DNA from: Convolutriloba macropyga
Lineage: Eukaryota
Assembly: GCF_964194025.1 (NCBI RefSeq)
Contig: NC_134475.1
Location: forward strand, 6,820,001 to 6,884,000
Direction: 5' to 3'
DNA: 64,000 nucleotides
Shown: one piece after another, positions 13,742-26,599 of the stretch
Numbering within the stretch: the first letter of the stretch is position 1
Layout: every line of letters starts with the position of its first letter
Notes under the pieces: model-generated
Database searches by the model: none
The model's input: only the letters and a program-made list of their open reading frames with translations
What the model was told of the DNA's origin: nothing
Program-made: the position numbers and the translations under genes

Positions 13742-14268
13742 AAACAAAGCCGGCAAATTGCCGGAAAATAGCCACTGTTGACCTGCTTGACCCACATTGG
13801 CGTTGAAACAGAAAAAAAATTAAGAGATAGAAATTGACAGAATTATTCTAAGTGTCAAATAGTTCTTATTTGGTGTGTAAATTCAACACATTCGGTTAGA
13901 TTCTAAATTAAACTTAATTCAGCTTCTAAGCTCAACGCTATCAAGCATAATACTAATGTCAGCTAGCAATCGCTTCAATGAACTTTGATAACCTAATGCA
14001 TTATGACTTAATGACCAGGCTTTATATGTTTATCCCGTTTCTTTTGATTTTGCTCTTTTGACATTGACCTTATTCAACAAATTGCTTAACTCAATGCTCA
14101 AAAGAATTTAAAATCCATTCACTTGAAACAATGAGTGAGGTAAGTCAGATGTCAAGCGTGAAAGTCGTGACTGATGTAAAACGAAAAACGTGATCAAAAG
14201 GTAACGCGAATTTAAAAAAAAGAAGAGCGCCTAATTAAAAGCCGTTGAGAGGCTAACAGTGGCTATTA
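13742..14268 (-). mobile_element. HINE-like family H1, variant copy
   Basis: aaacaaagccggcaaattgccggaaaatagccact ... gtggctattaataaaaa; body similar to 31358-31610. Confidence 0.65.
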
Positions 14269-15573
14269 ATAAAAACGATAGCTAAAATCGTAAGCCGACA
14301 AACTGAAGACAATTAGACCGCAATAGAAGACCAATGCAGTTTGAGACTAGCGAACTGCAGTTTTTGAGACTAGGCGAAAAGACCAAACAAAAAGCAACCA
14401 AACAAGCAAAAATTTTGGAAAATAGATAAGAAGTCATAAAAAACCACTTCAATGGAATCAAATAACTTATTAAGTTTATCTATACCTCATTATTAACCGA
14501 TAAAACTATCATTAATGAGAATGTAATTACACAGCTAAATGAACAAAACAAGGTCTTAAGTTCAAAAATTGAACAATTTTGAAAAATACTTTGTGTCAAA
14601 GTCATAGAAAGCATTAGTTGACCCCAACAACGTACAGCAAATACAGGAAAAAAATATCTCGAAAAATTTTTGAAAACAAATGGTGTCAAACTTAAAAAAA
14701 ACTATTATTTAATTAGATTTACTTATGCCTCATTAGCTTGCGATAAGAACTGCCATCAACGAGATTTAAGGATAAGAAAGACATAGGAGATTTATTCTAT
14801 TGCACCTCGATAGATAGCCAATAAAACTAGTCAAAAATAAACTAAGAAACAGTACAACAAAAATTACTATAAAACGGGTATAAGCGAAAAAATGACTCAG
14901 TATTATAAACTGCCAATTGATTGATTAAAAAAGACAACTATGCATTATTTGAACAAATGTTCACCTTTTCAAAAATAGTTAGGAATATCATGAATTTTTT
15001 TTTAAAAATGGAAGTCAAATGACCGCATGTGAAAAAATTTAGCTTCTCCCAAAAATTTCAAACTAATTCCATTTGAATAAAAATGATAAGTAAACAAAAC
15101 TTATTCATTCTGGAAACGAGCTAAAAATCAAAACACTACCTCTGAAAAATATCATTTGAACGTAGATAAGTGTAGATCAAAGCAGTTGATCAGTATCAAA
15201 GAAGATTAGCACAAAAGAAATATTTTTACTTTTCAAGAACAAACCACGTGCAAAAAAATCAGTTGATTTAGCAACCGGACATAAATAGAAAAAATGAAGA
15301 AACGTAGCAAATTCTAAAGAGCACAACTCATTTATTTAAAAAGAGCAAAAAAATTTGAAGTGCTGAACCTCGACCTAAACATGCTATTTATCAACCACTT
15401 AGAACTGAAAAATTGAGAAAATACAACAACAATGAGAAGTGCCAAAAGATACCACAAAGCAAAAAAAAAACAAGCAACAGCAAAAAAAATGATTTGATTT
15501 AAAAATTTCAGCACAAAAAACTATTTTGCCTTCAGAACTATACGCTAACTTGAGAACTCCTATTTTCAATCAG

Positions 15574-16151
15574 AATATATATATCGACTAACTTCGGACG
15601 AATTTCTCTAGAACGACTGATGAGGCAAACAACTCAGAAGGGGACATAGACTAGAGAAACGCTTATGGTGCAAAATCTTGTTACTAGGGAGGAGTTCGAA
15701 CCTCCGACGTCTAGGTTGATAATCCAGTAGATTAATCACTACGCTATTCGAGCTCTCTATAGTGTTCGCGCAATCATAGACAAATAGACGTCCCAAAAAT
15801 AGAATTTTCAAAGAACCTGATTGGTTGAGAACTTTGAAAAACTAATTTTATGCGCTCAATTAACCTAAATTGGACATACCCTAATTATAGACTATATAAT
15901 TACCCGCATCTGGCCATGTATCACCGGCCGGTGGGACTTGATATGAACCTATCACAACCATTTTCCCTAGCACCTTCGCTTACAATCTTTATTTTAAGCA
16001 AAACTTCATTTCTGAATGCGCGAATTCAGACCACTAAAAATTAAAAAGCCAAGCGTGAAAAAGTCACTCGAGAATTCGTATCGAAAGCATGTTCCAGAAG
16101 AAACGGTCAAGCAAAAAAATTGCATGAAAATGATAGGTTCGAGAGCAATTA
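15574..16151 (-). mobile_element. HINE-like family H2 copy with tRNA-like insert at 15683-15754
   Basis: cgactaacttcggacgaatttctctagaacga start, aagcgtgaaaaagtcactcgag module and gttcgagagcaatta end; A-box TAGCGTAGTG and B-box GGTTCGAACTC on the minus strand. Confidence 0.65.
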
Positions 16152-19044
16152 ATGAAAAGATTAAAAAAGAGAATAACATTTGGACCGTTCCATGAAACTT
16201 TTCTTAATATACTTACGGGCTTTATGACGTCGGCATTACAATTAAACTTTGCAATGTGATAATCTTTTTCATATTTATAAAGCTTCAAAGACACGCAGAG
16301 ACTATGAAACAGTTCAAAAGCAGAATAAAACAAAAGCGTGTAAGATTGAAACCAAACCGCCAAAAATACGTTAAATTAGCAGTCGAAAAGTCCAGCTTTT
16401 AACATGATTCACTAATGAACTTGTAGATCACCAGAATTTGTTTCAGGGTCAACAAAAAAGTCTCAATTAGGTTTGTTGAAAAATCAGTCATGATATAAAA
16501 AGCAAAGAGTCCATAAAAAGAGTCCGAATACAAACAAATGGGCAGAAATTTGTCGAAATCATAATTGCTAAGAATCCTGATTTCCATGCCATTTTAAAAT
16601 CAAATATGCAAAAAGAAAATTTGGCTTTAACCACAGATTTAATCGATGTGAAAAATAGCTTTTAAACGAGCGAAACGGCTACCAAAATGAAATTTCAAGA
16701 AAAACAACTATCGGAGTTGCAGATCTTTTGCTCTGACTTCGTAAATTTCTGTCCAATAAAAGTGGAGCTGAGAAAATTGTCCTAATTTGTAGAAATTGAA
16801 CTGCCATATAAATTTGAAAACCTAAATTGGCTGAAAATGATGCTGAGATGAGTTAAAATTAGGCCACATGTCTCCCAAAATTTATCTAAACTTCAAGGTG
16901 TGAGATAGTGACAAAGGCAAAATGCAAAACAAAAAACAACAAGGGTTGGTCTAATTGCTCTCAAATGACGAGAGGAAGCAAAACCCCTCGCCGTACTTCA
17001 GCCGGGGAGGGGATATAATATCCCTAAGGGCTAACAATGATAGTATTAGAGCTGATTGTAGACCACTACTAAGATTTAAAATAAAAAGAAACCAATTTTG
17101 ACGCGCTTTGGCTTGACTTTTAATAGTATACGCCAGAAGTTGAGTTTGCGGCTTAAATTCTGAATGAGAGCAATATATATCACGCAGAAATCGAGAGTCA
17201 CGCGTGAAAAAGTCACCCCAAAAGTCAGAGCCTTAGACAACCGGTCGTATAAAGATCAACAGGGCCAAAATAGTTGCTGAAAACTTTGTTTGAGAGCTAT
17301 TAACAACAGAGCTCTGTATTAATAGGATTTTAAATGATTTTTAATGGCACATATTTTTCTATGTGAAGTACGACCACAAATTTGAGAGAACGCAAAAACA
17401 GTCGAGTAGATAATTCCGCCCTCCGCAACGGTGAAGTCACGAAAAGTGAATGTACATTTTTGCGATGAAAGGTCAAGTCTTTAAACGCGAGGGAGTACAA
17501 TTACACGTGCAATGCAATTTGCCACAATGGAATTATGAACCTCGCTTTACTCTGATATCGAAGTCGATGTTGATTAAGGCTAAAAGCTTAATTCGAACCA
17601 AGTTGCCAAATTGTTTTGTAGAAATATACAGTCATGCACTTCACACAAAAACACGTACTGGCAGTCATGTGCGACAAAAGGATGCCACGCTAAAGACACA
17701 CGTGATCGAAAGAGCCGCTAAAACTATTTTAAAATTGCAACTGTTTCATTCCCCAGTGATCCAAAATTTGCATTTTATAAGCTTGTTGACAAACTAATAC
17801 CAGCTTGTAGAGGTATCAGTAAAAATTTTTAAAGCCAAATTGGTTAAAGCTTTTTACAGCTTAATGGGACGTTCGAAAAAGGTCTAAAAGTATCAATTAT
17901 ATACGTCCAAACTCTGCCGGGGAATGGAAGCAGTTGCAAAGTACGTTTTATACAACAGCTGGAACAATCAACTAAGAAAATACGTTTCTATGAATTAATC
18001 TTTAGCAAACAGAGGACTTTATGTTACTACATTCTAACAAACATAGACGGCAGATTGCCACGTAATAGCCGCGAAATAGACTTGCGTAACGTAGAATGCA
18101 GATAGAAACAGACACTGAAATAAGTAGCAAAGTTGTCGACGCCGCCTATAAAAGTCAATCGATAAATTATTAAGGCTTGTTAAAATTCACTCCGACGAAG
18201 CCTTTTGATTATGGTTAGTGAGAGGAAAAATTCATTCAGAAAAATTGAATTTTTCAGCTTTGTTGTGTAAGCAAATGTAATACGAAAAAAGAGGGTTAGA
18301 TGACGAAACAAAAAACATAGCCGATAGAAATCTGGAAACGACTCGAAGCGTCGGATCTATTCAAATAACAAAAAGCCATAAAAGTTGCAGCCTCTTTCTG
18401 TCTCGGAACAGTTATCCTTTACAGCAACAAAGTTGACTATAATATTTGAAAAAACTGTAAACCGTCACAACGAAAACAATTCAGCATTGACACCACTGAA
18501 GATTTTAGAAGCCATACGAAGAGACACTCCGAACAAGACCTTAACGACAAAAAACTTTACAGTTGAGCTTTTGCAATCGCAAAATTTGTACTAATAAAAG
18601 CAGACCGGGTAACGTTGAAAAATAGCCAAAACTTTTTACATGGAAAAAACTAATAGAAATTAATAACTTCAAAATCTTGGATTAATAATTGTCATGAAAT
18701 AAGCTGTCTCAAAATTCATAACTCTGCAACTACCAAGACAAATGTAAGACAAAAACATTTTTTGAAACAACTCATTAAAAAAACTAAAACTAAAATTTAG
18801 GTAATTTCTCGGTTTTCCTTTCACAGAAAATCAAACTCAACAATAAATACTCTCGGGCAGAAGAAATTGTTGAAAAAAAGTTCAATCTGTATTCAAATAA
18901 AAAATTATCAGACAGAAAAAGGCAACAGATTAAGGATAAAAAGCATAAAGATGATTTATAATTAAGACCTAGTGCTAAGAAATTTCTCACAGAACAAACT
19001 GCAGAACACTCAATCTGAAAATAAGTCAGATAATCTTAATGAAA

Positions 19045-19443
19045 AAACATAAGACGATTAACGTCGGATGAACTGCCCTCGAATGACAGTCAGGGGCAAT
19101 TTAATTTAGGGGTAGAGATTGAAAAATTTTTTGGGTGAAAAACTCGGACCTGATAGGGGTTCGAACCCGCAATCTCCAGAATAGCAAACAGACATCTCAA
19201 CCAGAGCTACAACCGCGTTGTTTCTCAACCGCTAACAATCACTTTCATATTAGCAACACAACTCAGTTCAGAATGAAAGTAATTGAAATCAATCAAAGTG
19301 AAGAAGTGATGATTGAAAAAGTCACTCAAGAAGTCAATGAATGTTCTAGAACAAAAGCGCAAAAAAGTTCAAGAAAATATTTTGCATAAAAAAGACCAAC
19401 ACGTTTAAAATAATTGCCTCAAACTTCATTCAAGAGCAATTAA
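19045..19443 (-). mobile_element. HINE-like family H2 copy with tRNA-like insert at 19147-19216
   Basis: aaacataagacgattaacgtcggatgaactgccctcgaatga start and ttcattcaagagcaattaa end; minus-strand TAGCTCTGG...GGTTCGAACCC...TTTTT. Confidence 0.7.
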
Positions 19444-20275
19444 TCAATTTTAATTTTAGATAAACGAAAATTTAGATCCATGGGGGTGCATAGAAAGGCC
19501 CAATCTAGCAAATGAAACAAAAATCCAAATCAAACCAAAAATTCACGAAAAAATGGACAAAAAACCGTTTCTATAAATGCAAATTCGTATAAAACACGTT
19601 AGGTTAACAACTGAGAAATACAATACCTGGTTTTTTTTAAAAAATGTTACTATATACACTGAGGACAAAAAATTCCTGACAAAGATCCAAAAAAAAACAA
19701 TAAATAAAAATTTGAGAAATAGGAGCTGATTTTGCCCCTAAAACGCATCATCGGGCTCTCACAAACGCTGTTATATCAAATTCGGATGGTTAAATATTAC
19801 TGCAGTTTCGGTCAAACAAATTTCGCAAAAAATCTTAATACAAGCAAAAAATGAGCCAAATCGACGAAAAAACAGGTTAAAATTGGTGAACTATACTTAA
19901 CATTCTGTCGAAAAAAGCTTCAAAGGCAAAAGGTCAACAATGCAGTGCATAATCAATACCTTTCTCTCACTCAGTAAAAATCATTCCACATGACAATTTT
20001 ACTCATTTTTGCTTGTAGGTCAAAACGCCGCATGAACACAGTACTTTCGGTTATAAGAACCTCAAGAAAGTCAATATTCCTCTTCGAGTCGTCAAAAACA
20101 GAACACTGCAATATAGTTACGCTCATCCTAAAGTTTCGCAGCTATGACGAGACAATTCAAAACACTTTGAAAAGTACAAACTACGATGCTATCGTTATCA
20201 GACGTAATTAGTTAGAAGTAATATCTTATATTGAGTGTTCCGGCCGGACAGATTGAAAGAAAGAACACTGCTAAC

Positions 20276-20902
20276 TATAGAAGAACTAGGTTGGTGGTGG
20301 TGCTGTTGCTGAATGCTTGAATTCTGTCGTACTTGGACACTGTAATTGGCATCCGAATAGTTTTGAGTGCTTCCCGGAAATCCACTGGTACATGTGGTCA
20401 CAGCCAGCAAGCCTTCGTCACTCGAAAGTGAACAAATTCCTGACGTCACACTATCGCATGCTGCACCTCCTGACGCTCCAACTGGCGAGGAAACTCCGGT
20501 CGTACCGGTACCATGCAGCGTTTCTGGAACCCGGAGGAACCTATCAGAGCAGTTTGTGTTCGCACAACTGGGATTTGAACAACGCTGCGACATTCCAGTT
20601 CCCTGAACGTCAACGAAGTCCATCTGTTTCAGACTAGAGGGATTAAATTCTGCTCTGTGTCGTGATCCACGCGAACTTGGACTTCCAAAAGGCATGTGGC
20701 CGGACATGAGGGTCCCGGGTTGACTCCAATTTTGGGCTCCGAAATTAGCTGAGACGTTTATGGGAGCCGAACAGCATTGGCACTGGATTTGGTTACTGGG
20801 ATTGTGTTGCAACGTGGAATTAGGCCTGGTCGGATTTCGGCTAATGGGCATTGTATTATTGTTGCTGTGAGAAGGTTGTTGACCTGAGCTCATTTGTTGG
20901 TC
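20276..20902 (-). CDS. TMEM94: TMEM94 exon encoding S/N/Q/C-rich low-complexity insert (boundaries uncertain)
   Basis: ORF 20198..20893 has exon-like GC content against AT-rich flanks. In-frame acceptors end the exon at 20902 or 20950; phase-0 donors start it at 20276 (gttagc) or 20333 (gtacga). Confidence 0.75.
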
Positions 20903-21016
20903 CTGAGTAGAATTGAATGATTGGAAAAATGGAAAGATTTGGTGAGTATCCTAGGCGGACAACACATGATCTAATCTATCAACAGTGAAAAGTTACACAA
21001 CACTAAAATCATACCC

Positions 21017-21183
21017 GAATCTTTTCTGTCCCCCCCCCCCCCCTCCAGTGTTTTTATAACCCCCAGTTACAATTTCTATGTTGTTATATAGCACGTTACT
21101 ATGTAATAAAATAGCACGTGCGCCTGGGGGTCATAAAAAATTATGCTCACTAAGCTTGGGGGGGGGGGGAGCAGAATAGATCC
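21017..21183 (+). mobile_element. GGATCT-MITE with 8-bp TSD tcataccc
   Basis: TIRs gaatcttttctg / cagaatagatcc; tcataccc on both flanks. Confidence 0.92.
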
Positions 21184-21302
21184 TCATACCCCACCGATTC
21201 AACACTTTACTTTTTGTCAATCATCTAACAAGCTTCTCGCAAAATTTCTCATCACAAATTATCACATTGTCCATTGCATCATTACTCGCTCTGAACAATA
21301 AA

Positions 21303-21460
21303 AATCTTTTCCGTCTGTACCCCCCCGCCAGCGTTCCCCCAATTACAGAGAACGTGCCACTACATAGTAAAAAATATGTAAAAATACGACACGTGCATCT
21401 GGGGTGCAAATAATATTTACCCACTACGCTTGGGGGGGGGGGGTGCACAATCGGAAGATC
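21303..21460 (+). mobile_element. Degenerate GGATCT-MITE copy
   Basis: C-run, cacgtgcatctgggg, acgcttgggg G-run and gaagatc end in the family order. Confidence 0.6.
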
Positions 21461-21740
21461 TGAAAATTCTTAGAAGATCTCTCGCGATAAAAGTTCTGGA
21501 ATCATTGGGGTAGTAACTACATACACTCATAAATCTACTCTTGCAACTGTCGATGCTCAAAATTTTTCGCTGTCAAAAATTTCTTTTCTTAATCAATGCT
21601 CGCTGCAATGACTTGTTATTGGTAGAAGCTGCATTTTTTGCAACATGTTTTGATAGTTGGCTGGGTAAATAATATGGAAGTAAAACTAGCAGTGCAAACA
21701 TTAAGCATGCAGAAAATTATTGTTCACGCTAGCACACGTG

Positions 21741-21901
21741 TGATATATTCTCTCCCCCTCCACTCTCCGGTGTTTTCTACGCCCCATTTACAATTTATGT
21801 TTTGTTCTATAACACGTTACTATGTAAAATAGCACGCGCGCCTGTAGGAGGGCGAAAGATTTATATGCTCGCTAAGCTGGGGGGGGGGGCAGAATAGATC
21901 C
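21741..21901 (+). mobile_element. GGATCT-MITE with degraded TSD
   Basis: Family body and cagaatagatcc end; flanks cacacgtg / ctcacatg (6 of 8 match). Confidence 0.85.
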
Positions 21902-22268
21902 CTCACATGTTACAAAACTCAGAAACAATACGAAGGAATCATGAACAACGGACAGAATGATTTTGATCAAAGTTCCCGATCAACGTCCGATCCCAGTTCT
22001 AAAACTCTGTCCACAAAGAGTAAAAAACGTTTGGTCGAATATAATGGAACAGATATGTTAGTATTAGCAAACCACTTTTAGGCTTATTTTCTCCAAACAA
22101 GTTCGATCATGCGCACTTATGGAAAGTTCTTGGCAATTTTTCCTTCACAACTGGTAGCCTGTAAGTCTTTCAAATAGCCAGGGAACAGAACAATTCTGAG
22201 TCAAAGGGAGAATAATTATGTCAGTTTATTTAGTGTGGTGGTTTTTTGAGCTGTTAATGTTGACAAAC

Positions 22269-23106
22269 CTTCAGATGACTATGGACCGAGTTCTCCCTGG
22301 AGATAGCCGTACTTCCTGTGTTCATGCCAGAGTACTGTTGTTGATGTTGCCCAATTGCATTCTGATGCTGCAGATGATGATGCTGATGATGAGATGCGAA
22401 CTGTTTCCGGTCACTGACCTCTGCTGTTGACGTCATTTGGTTATTAAAGCTTGTTTCCTGATTAACTGGATGGGATGTTTGTTGCATCGAGCTTGGTCCT
22501 GTCGTTGCGTTTGGTCCCTGGTCCAAATTTTGCGACCGGGCAAGAGAACGGTGGCTTTGATGTCTGGACATTGATGATGCTCCGTCGTGGAATTCCCTGC
22601 CACGATGTGACACGCCTCGCTCCATTGTCGGGCCCAATGAATGCGAAATGCGATTGGACATGGAATTCAAAGCGGGCGATGCTGGAGTTGATACCGATTC
22701 GTTCATGTCCTTCACTCCATCTCTGGTTATCCTGTTCTCATCGACATTTGAGGGGGCCGAATTGATATCAATATTATTCTGACTTTGAAGAGTTTTCAGC
22801 TTCTCGTTGGCTTGGATGACGTTTTGGGCAAAAGATCGCAAAGTTGTCAAACTGGCCGCTTTTGATGAGTGCTCACTGGATTGATGTTCGTTTCCGCTGG
22901 AATTAGCAAATAAAGACACGTGACAGTTCCATCCAGTTTCGAGGCCCAGCTTCTCGGCAAATATCCGGGAGCGAAGTTCATTCTCGTGTGAGAAATGGAC
23001 AAATCGAATACAACGTGACTCAAAATCTTCAATGAGATCAAGTACATCGGGCATGGCTTTGTATTGCATCACAACCATCCCCAAGAAAATTTGACCAGAT
23101 TGAGCT
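22269..23106 (-). CDS. TMEM94: TMEM94 exon (AQSGQIFLGMVVMQY...GLETGWNCHVSL, then start of the low-complexity insert)
   Basis: ORF 22254..23084; acceptor actgtttcag, donor AAG|gtttgt; phase 2-0. Confidence 0.93.
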
Positions 23107-23353
23107 CTGAAACAGTAAAATTATTTATCTCCTTTACACAAAAAACGGCGCATTCAAATCTTTGATAATCGATTAGTTTCCAAAGCAACAAAAACAAAGT
23201 TCATGGCACAAGTTTAACGAGTTTCGTGAGCGCACTCAACCAAAAACAAGTTTGATTTTAAAAACAACAATCAATTTATGTTCAATACATCGTTCTACCA
23301 TTTGAACCGCTGATCAATTTCAAGTTTTTCGGTTAATTGATGGTACTATGAAC

Positions 23354-23694
23354 AGATCTTTTGAACAATTCCTCCCCTGCAAAAGGTGTGCTATTCCTGA
23401 ATAGAATTTAAGTGAGCGATTTATTAACTAATCAGAGACTACTATTAACTTTTCATGGATGCGCATGCATAGATAACGATACGCCATGCTATGTTGATTA
23501 GCCGATTTGGAATACAAAGCGAAAAACCTTTCCGACTGGTGGGTCAGTGAGCATACTTCGCGAGCGTCTCAATTGCACTTAAACTGATATTACGCTATCT
23601 AAACTGTCGACCAGGTAATATTGCGGTAAAGTATATCATAGAAGGGGCAATTCTCTGCTAGTTACACAAGGGGAGACAATTGTTGAAAAGATCC
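23354..23694. mobile_element. Second GGATCT-terminated TIR element (about 340 bp, different body) with 8-bp TSD
   Basis: agatcttttgaacaattcctcccct versus aggggagacaattgttgaaaagatcc; flanks ctatgaac / ctatgaaa (7 of 8 match). Confidence 0.8.
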
Positions 23695-25684
23695 CTATGA
23701 AATTTTAGCTAGTACATTATGTATAGTTTCTTTCTTATCACATGACATTTTTCCCAAGCAATTTCACTGGCTTAACACAAAGACGGTTACAAGCCCAAAA
23801 ACAAATTGGTTCTGGCTATTAGTAGAAAAAATGTAGCAGCTATGCTTTCAGAGAAGCAAACTTAAACAAAGGTTTTAGACTTCTAGCGCGCTGCAAACGG
23901 CATTTTTACAACTGCCAAGCTATCAGCATTTCAGTCACATGGAAAAATGTTTCAAACACGTTACGGGCGTGGAGATCTGAATAAAGAAAAAACCAGAAAA
24001 AGACGAAATAGATGACATCGAACACAATTTTAAAACAACACAACAACTTAAAAATCAAACTCAATGAAAATCAACCTTTTCACCGCTCAAAAAGTGCTTT
24101 TCGATCTGTGTTTTGCGATCTAGAATGAAGGCTCTCAATTTCTTTTCCATCCCACTAAAAGGGACGGTCAAACTGTAATAACTGTTTGTTTATTCACACA
24201 AATAAAGAAAACAAAAACACGTTCAAGAAACTCTTTCCAGCCTAAATAAAAAGAAAACGGTAAGGTTTACATTTCTCAACGCGATTCGAAAATTATTTTA
24301 ATCGGAAGTTTTAAACAGGGCCCTACAATTGTATCAAGCGATGTAGGGGCTTGGGAGGGAGACAGGGGTATTCAAATCTCCATGTGCAGGAGGGTGGACA
24401 AAGAGTGTTGGGAATAAGTTCAAGCTAAGAACAAAATTCTTTCAACTAATAAGATAGCCAGCAGAATACTAGAAACGACTCGAAGAGCAGTACAATCTCT
24501 AAAATTACTTCACCTTAAGATGAAAAAAACATGAAAAAAGAAAGAAACAATTTAAAAAATTAACTGCCTAATAAAACTTTTGAAAATGTTTTGAAAAACT
24601 GATAACTCAATTTTAAGTTCAGGGAGTTAGTGTCGGGCAGGAGGTATGTAGGTGGAGTGAAAGGCAGGTTTGGGGAGGGGTACTTAGGTGTGGGGATAGC
24701 TAATTGGTAACGGGATAGCTAGGTCGGTGGGAGAGGGAGGAGTGGCGGTGAGGGGAAGTGTCTGTAGTTTGGAAAGGGACCGAGACCGTTATGGTAAAAC
24801 TGCTTTAAAAAATTTTTCGACATGAAGTTTTACAATCAATTCCTAATTTCTATGTATCACTAAGTAAGCAACTAATACAGAAGTCAATGTTCAAAAACAA
24901 AAGTCGAAACTTCAAGTCATGAACAAATTTCCATAAGCTATAAAAATCTGTTTACCAATTCTCTTCTCCGAGTCATAAAAACCTGTCGAGTACCAATACT
25001 TCTTTTCAATTCGTAAAAAAGCCAGAAGCGCGCTCAGCTTACAGCTTCAAAGCTATTAAAAGGAAAGATGAATCTCATGCAAAATGGGACCTATATTGTA
25101 AGAGACTTTACCAGAGATTAATCAACAATATCAAGAATAATGGTTGTTGTGGAAATGTTCAAAATTTTGTTTGACTTTTTAAAGGTTGATTTCGTCTATT
25201 TATTCGAACTGTCCGTTAAAATTGTCAAAAAATTAAATGCAATTGGTCACACATAGACCAAAACGAGCTAATAATTTTCAAATATGATCGACGAACGTAA
25301 GCCCAATTGATCTGAAACGTATGGCGTGGGGCTAGCTTTGGTTCCATCTAGCTTAAGCCTAGGGAAGCTAGCTTCACTGATTGAGGGTAAGAAAAAATTA
25401 TGAGGGGTGGGCGGAAAATCTTGCAAAATTGTCATGAAATTACGACTACCGAGAAGTTTCAGTGGAAACATAAATAGTATTAACGCTGAACGACTACTAG
25501 AAAAAACTTAGCGCTTTCGGGCTTTAGCAGTTTATGTTGCTTCTCTCAAAGAAAAGTCAAATTAGTCAGAAGAAAAAGAAACAAGCGAAAAAATGCAGGA
25601 AAAAACAACAGTGCCCAAATACTTGCTACAAACTTTGCATTAATCTATAAATAGTTAATTGTTTAAAATTAATATAACACTAAC

Positions 25685-25750
25685 TTGGCCAGTCCCTTGG
25701 CGTCACTCACGAAGTCGGTCGAATGAACATTCTCCATATCTGCCAGAACA
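25685..25750 (-). CDS. TMEM94: TMEM94 66-nt exon (VLADMENVHSTDFVSDAKGLAK)
   Basis: Strong acceptor ttttctttttcag, donor AA|gttagt; phase 2-2, reads directly into AQSGQIFLGMV. Its coding frame is not in the ORF track. Confidence 0.78.
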
Positions 25751-26277
25751 CTGAAAAAGAAAACAACATCTGAATCAAGAAGACAAACAAAAACCAGCTG
25801 TTTACTCACATAATTCCTGAAAGTCCAAAAGGTTTCACATCATCTAAGTCAATTTGTTACAATTGTCAACGCTCAGAGCAAGTGAAAAATCTCGTGCGTC
25901 ATTGTGGTCATAATTCAGCCAGAAATATCCTTATAGATTTCACAGATACCTTTATACCTTATTTAAACAGCGCGATTGAAGTAGAAAGAATAAAACCACA
26001 GTTGAAATTCAGTCGAATGAAAAGCATCACAGTGAGAAATCAATTCCGACGCTTCATTGCGACGTTTAGAAACTTTTTTAACGCCAACAACAGATTTGGT
26101 AATTTCTTATCAAAAGAAATAGATACAGAGCCCAAAAACATGTAAGAAAAGCAATATTTAAAGAAAAAATAGCCAATCCCAAAACTAGAAAAGGTTGTTT
26201 GAGCCTAAACGTGTAATAAACGTGTAAAGAAATGAATAAAAGAGGCAAAGAAGAAGACGATAGAACAAACGACTGAC

Positions 26278-26298
26278 CTGGTAGGGTTAGGCTGAAAC
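26278..26298 (-). CDS. TMEM94: Candidate 21-nt TMEM94 microexon (K-FQPNPT-S)
   Basis: tctgtgcaattttacag|GTTTCAGCCTAACCCTACCAG|gtcagt; symmetric phase 2-2 and stop-free between the flanking exons. No homology support. Confidence 0.55.
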
Positions 26299-26599
26299 CT
26301 GTAAAATTGCACAGACATGACAAATATATTCACATTGCAAGAATACAAGCTAAAAACTGACGGCTGCGAACTGCAATAGTACTCTTTGACAAAGGTGAAC
26401 CCTCAATTTGCATTTTTACATAGCAAACTGTTTTTTAAGATTAAAATCAGTGCTCTCCGAATTCGTTCGATTTAAACTTTACGTGATTTGACTCAAAAAT
26501 GATAGAATTAATAAATTCCAAGAACATTTCAGCAGGCGATATAAGATTGTCACTTTTCAGATAGCAGAACTAGACTTCCATATGAGAGCCGTTCAATTT

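Noticed and set aside
24340-24790. G-rich blocks (also about 6820-6900 and 43795-43960) as promoters or exons
   Set aside because: No credible frame or splice context; two of them directly precede the cagccactt repeat and are probably internal parts of it.
25711-25750. Consensus-looking donor gtgagt at 25710 for the small exon
   Set aside because: In the VLADMEN frame it is phase 0, incompatible with the next exon; the gttagt donor at 25684 keeps frame.
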